Made by a program: the position numbers and the translations under genes | Notes under the pieces: generated by a model | Seen by the model: only the letters and a program-made list of their open reading frames with translations | Told to the model about the DNA's origin: nothing | Database searches by the model: none | Shown here: piece by piece, positions 62,975 through 64,000 of the stretch | Layout of the letters: every line of letters begins with the position of its first letter | Numbering within the stretch: the stretch's first letter is position 1 | Assembly (NCBI RefSeq): GCF_006345805.1 | Contig: NC_043001.1 | Location: forward strand, 46,252,001 to 46,316,000 | Source: Octopus sinensis | Taxonomy: Eukaryota | Direction of reading: 5' to 3' | Length of the DNA stretch: 64,000 bases

Positions 62975-63559
62975 GTAATAATAATAATGTTTATAGTAAC
63001 CGGAGATCTGATACCACGCCTAAACAAACTATAGGAGCACGATTCACATCAACACCGGACCATTTCTGTCTCCAACACAAGAAATGTTAAACAATACATA
63101 TTAAGATAACGTATCATTCAGCTTTAGATTAAGAGAGGAATGCGTTCTTGACATCACCAGAAACAAGTAGACTGGTACCCAATGAAAATGCTGACAATCT
63201 AAATAAAGGACAAGACTTGAATCACAAGTAATGTGATAAAACAGAAATGAACACGAGAGGAATATGTTTCTATATTACATGCATATTTTACAGCCACATA
63301 CCATCTCAGAATGGAACTTCATAATATAATTGCATAGAACATAGAGAAAGTAGTCCGGATCGCAGCCTAAATTTGAATACCACCACACACATCAAGCAAT
63401 TCAGAAGATACTATCTCAGAACTAAAAGTACTAGAAATCGAAACAGAACACTTAAAAGAAAGAATGCATAACGAAAAGGTAAGTAACCAATACAAAGTAA
63501 ACAAAAAAAAAATACAATCACCGATAATACAAAATATAATAAACAATATATATTTCTCT

Positions 63560-63782
63560 ATTACCCACAAGGGGCTAAACATGGAGGGGACAAACAAGGA
63601 CAGACAAACGGATTAAGCCGATTACATCGACCCCAGTGAGAAACTGGTACTTTATTTATCGACCCCGGAAGGATGAAAGGCAAAGTCGACCTCGGCGGAA
63701 TTTGAACTCAGAACGTAACGACAGACGAAATACCACAAAGCATTTCGCCCGGCGTGCTAACGTTTCTGCCAGCTCGCCGCCT
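63560..63782 (-). mobile_element. Full-length, little-diverged SINE family A
   Basis: Minus strand aaggcggcgagctggcagaaacgttagcacgccgggcgaaatgc...gagttcaaattccgccgaggtcgactttgcctttcatcc. Confidence 0.9.
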
Positions 63783-63873
63783 TTATATAATAAACAATAA
63801 ACAATATAATAAACATAATAATATATAATAAAAATAATAAACAATATAGCTTCAGAACACATACAGAATAGTA

Positions 63874-63921
<48 letters not shown>

Positions 63922-64000
63922 AAAAAAAAACAGAGCAACAAAAACAAAAACTTAAATAAAGGCAATTAGCTCAATTTAAGTATAGGAAATTCTAAAAGTG

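Noticed and set aside
63380-63485. Short open frame (…SELKVLEIETEHLKERMHNEK) ending at a perfect AAG|GTAAGT donor on +
   Set aside because: No acceptor or start, and upstream in-frame stops; more likely a decayed retroelement ORF.
796-63862. Dozens of 60-200 aa ORFs rich in YI, HT, CV, MYVC, SL or ER repeats
   Set aside because: They are translations of (TA)n, (CA)n, (TACA)n and (GA)n microsatellites or of SINEs, with no domain content.

Overview
AT-rich, microsatellite-dense eukaryotic genomic DNA. The tRNA-derived SINEs and (TACA)n/(TA)n tracts point to an octopod cephalopod (inference, not a database result). The window holds one complete protein-coding gene on the minus strand, a FAM20C-type Golgi/secretory-pathway kinase. 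I assembled 8 coding exons by hand (45713-44815, 20396-20269, 18861-18783, 10792-10700, 10066-9954, 9079-8789, 7461-7380, 5918-5633). All introns are GT-AG with matching phases, and the exons total 1971 nt = 656 aa + stop. The rest is mostly repeats: several tRNA-derived SINE families, Tc1/mariner relics and MITEs, Helitron/DINE-like elements, CR1/L2- and RTE-type LINE fragments, and a same-orientation stack of R4/Dong-type (RT + restriction-like endonuclease) retrotransposon 3' ends separated by (TAA)n. There is a 100-N assembly gap. The best second-look candidates are an apparently intact type I hammerhead ribozyme in the sense strand of intron 3 (11228-11325, with degraded relatives elsewhere), the (TAA)n-associated retrotransposon stack, several long fold-back hairpins in the pre-mRNA, the poly-Gly/Asn stem of the kinase, and a CpG-rich 74-codon ORF near the window start. 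Most short ORFs in the supplied track are microsatellite translations. I found no rRNA, genuine tRNA or CRISPR, and nothing I can establish as a new biological system.
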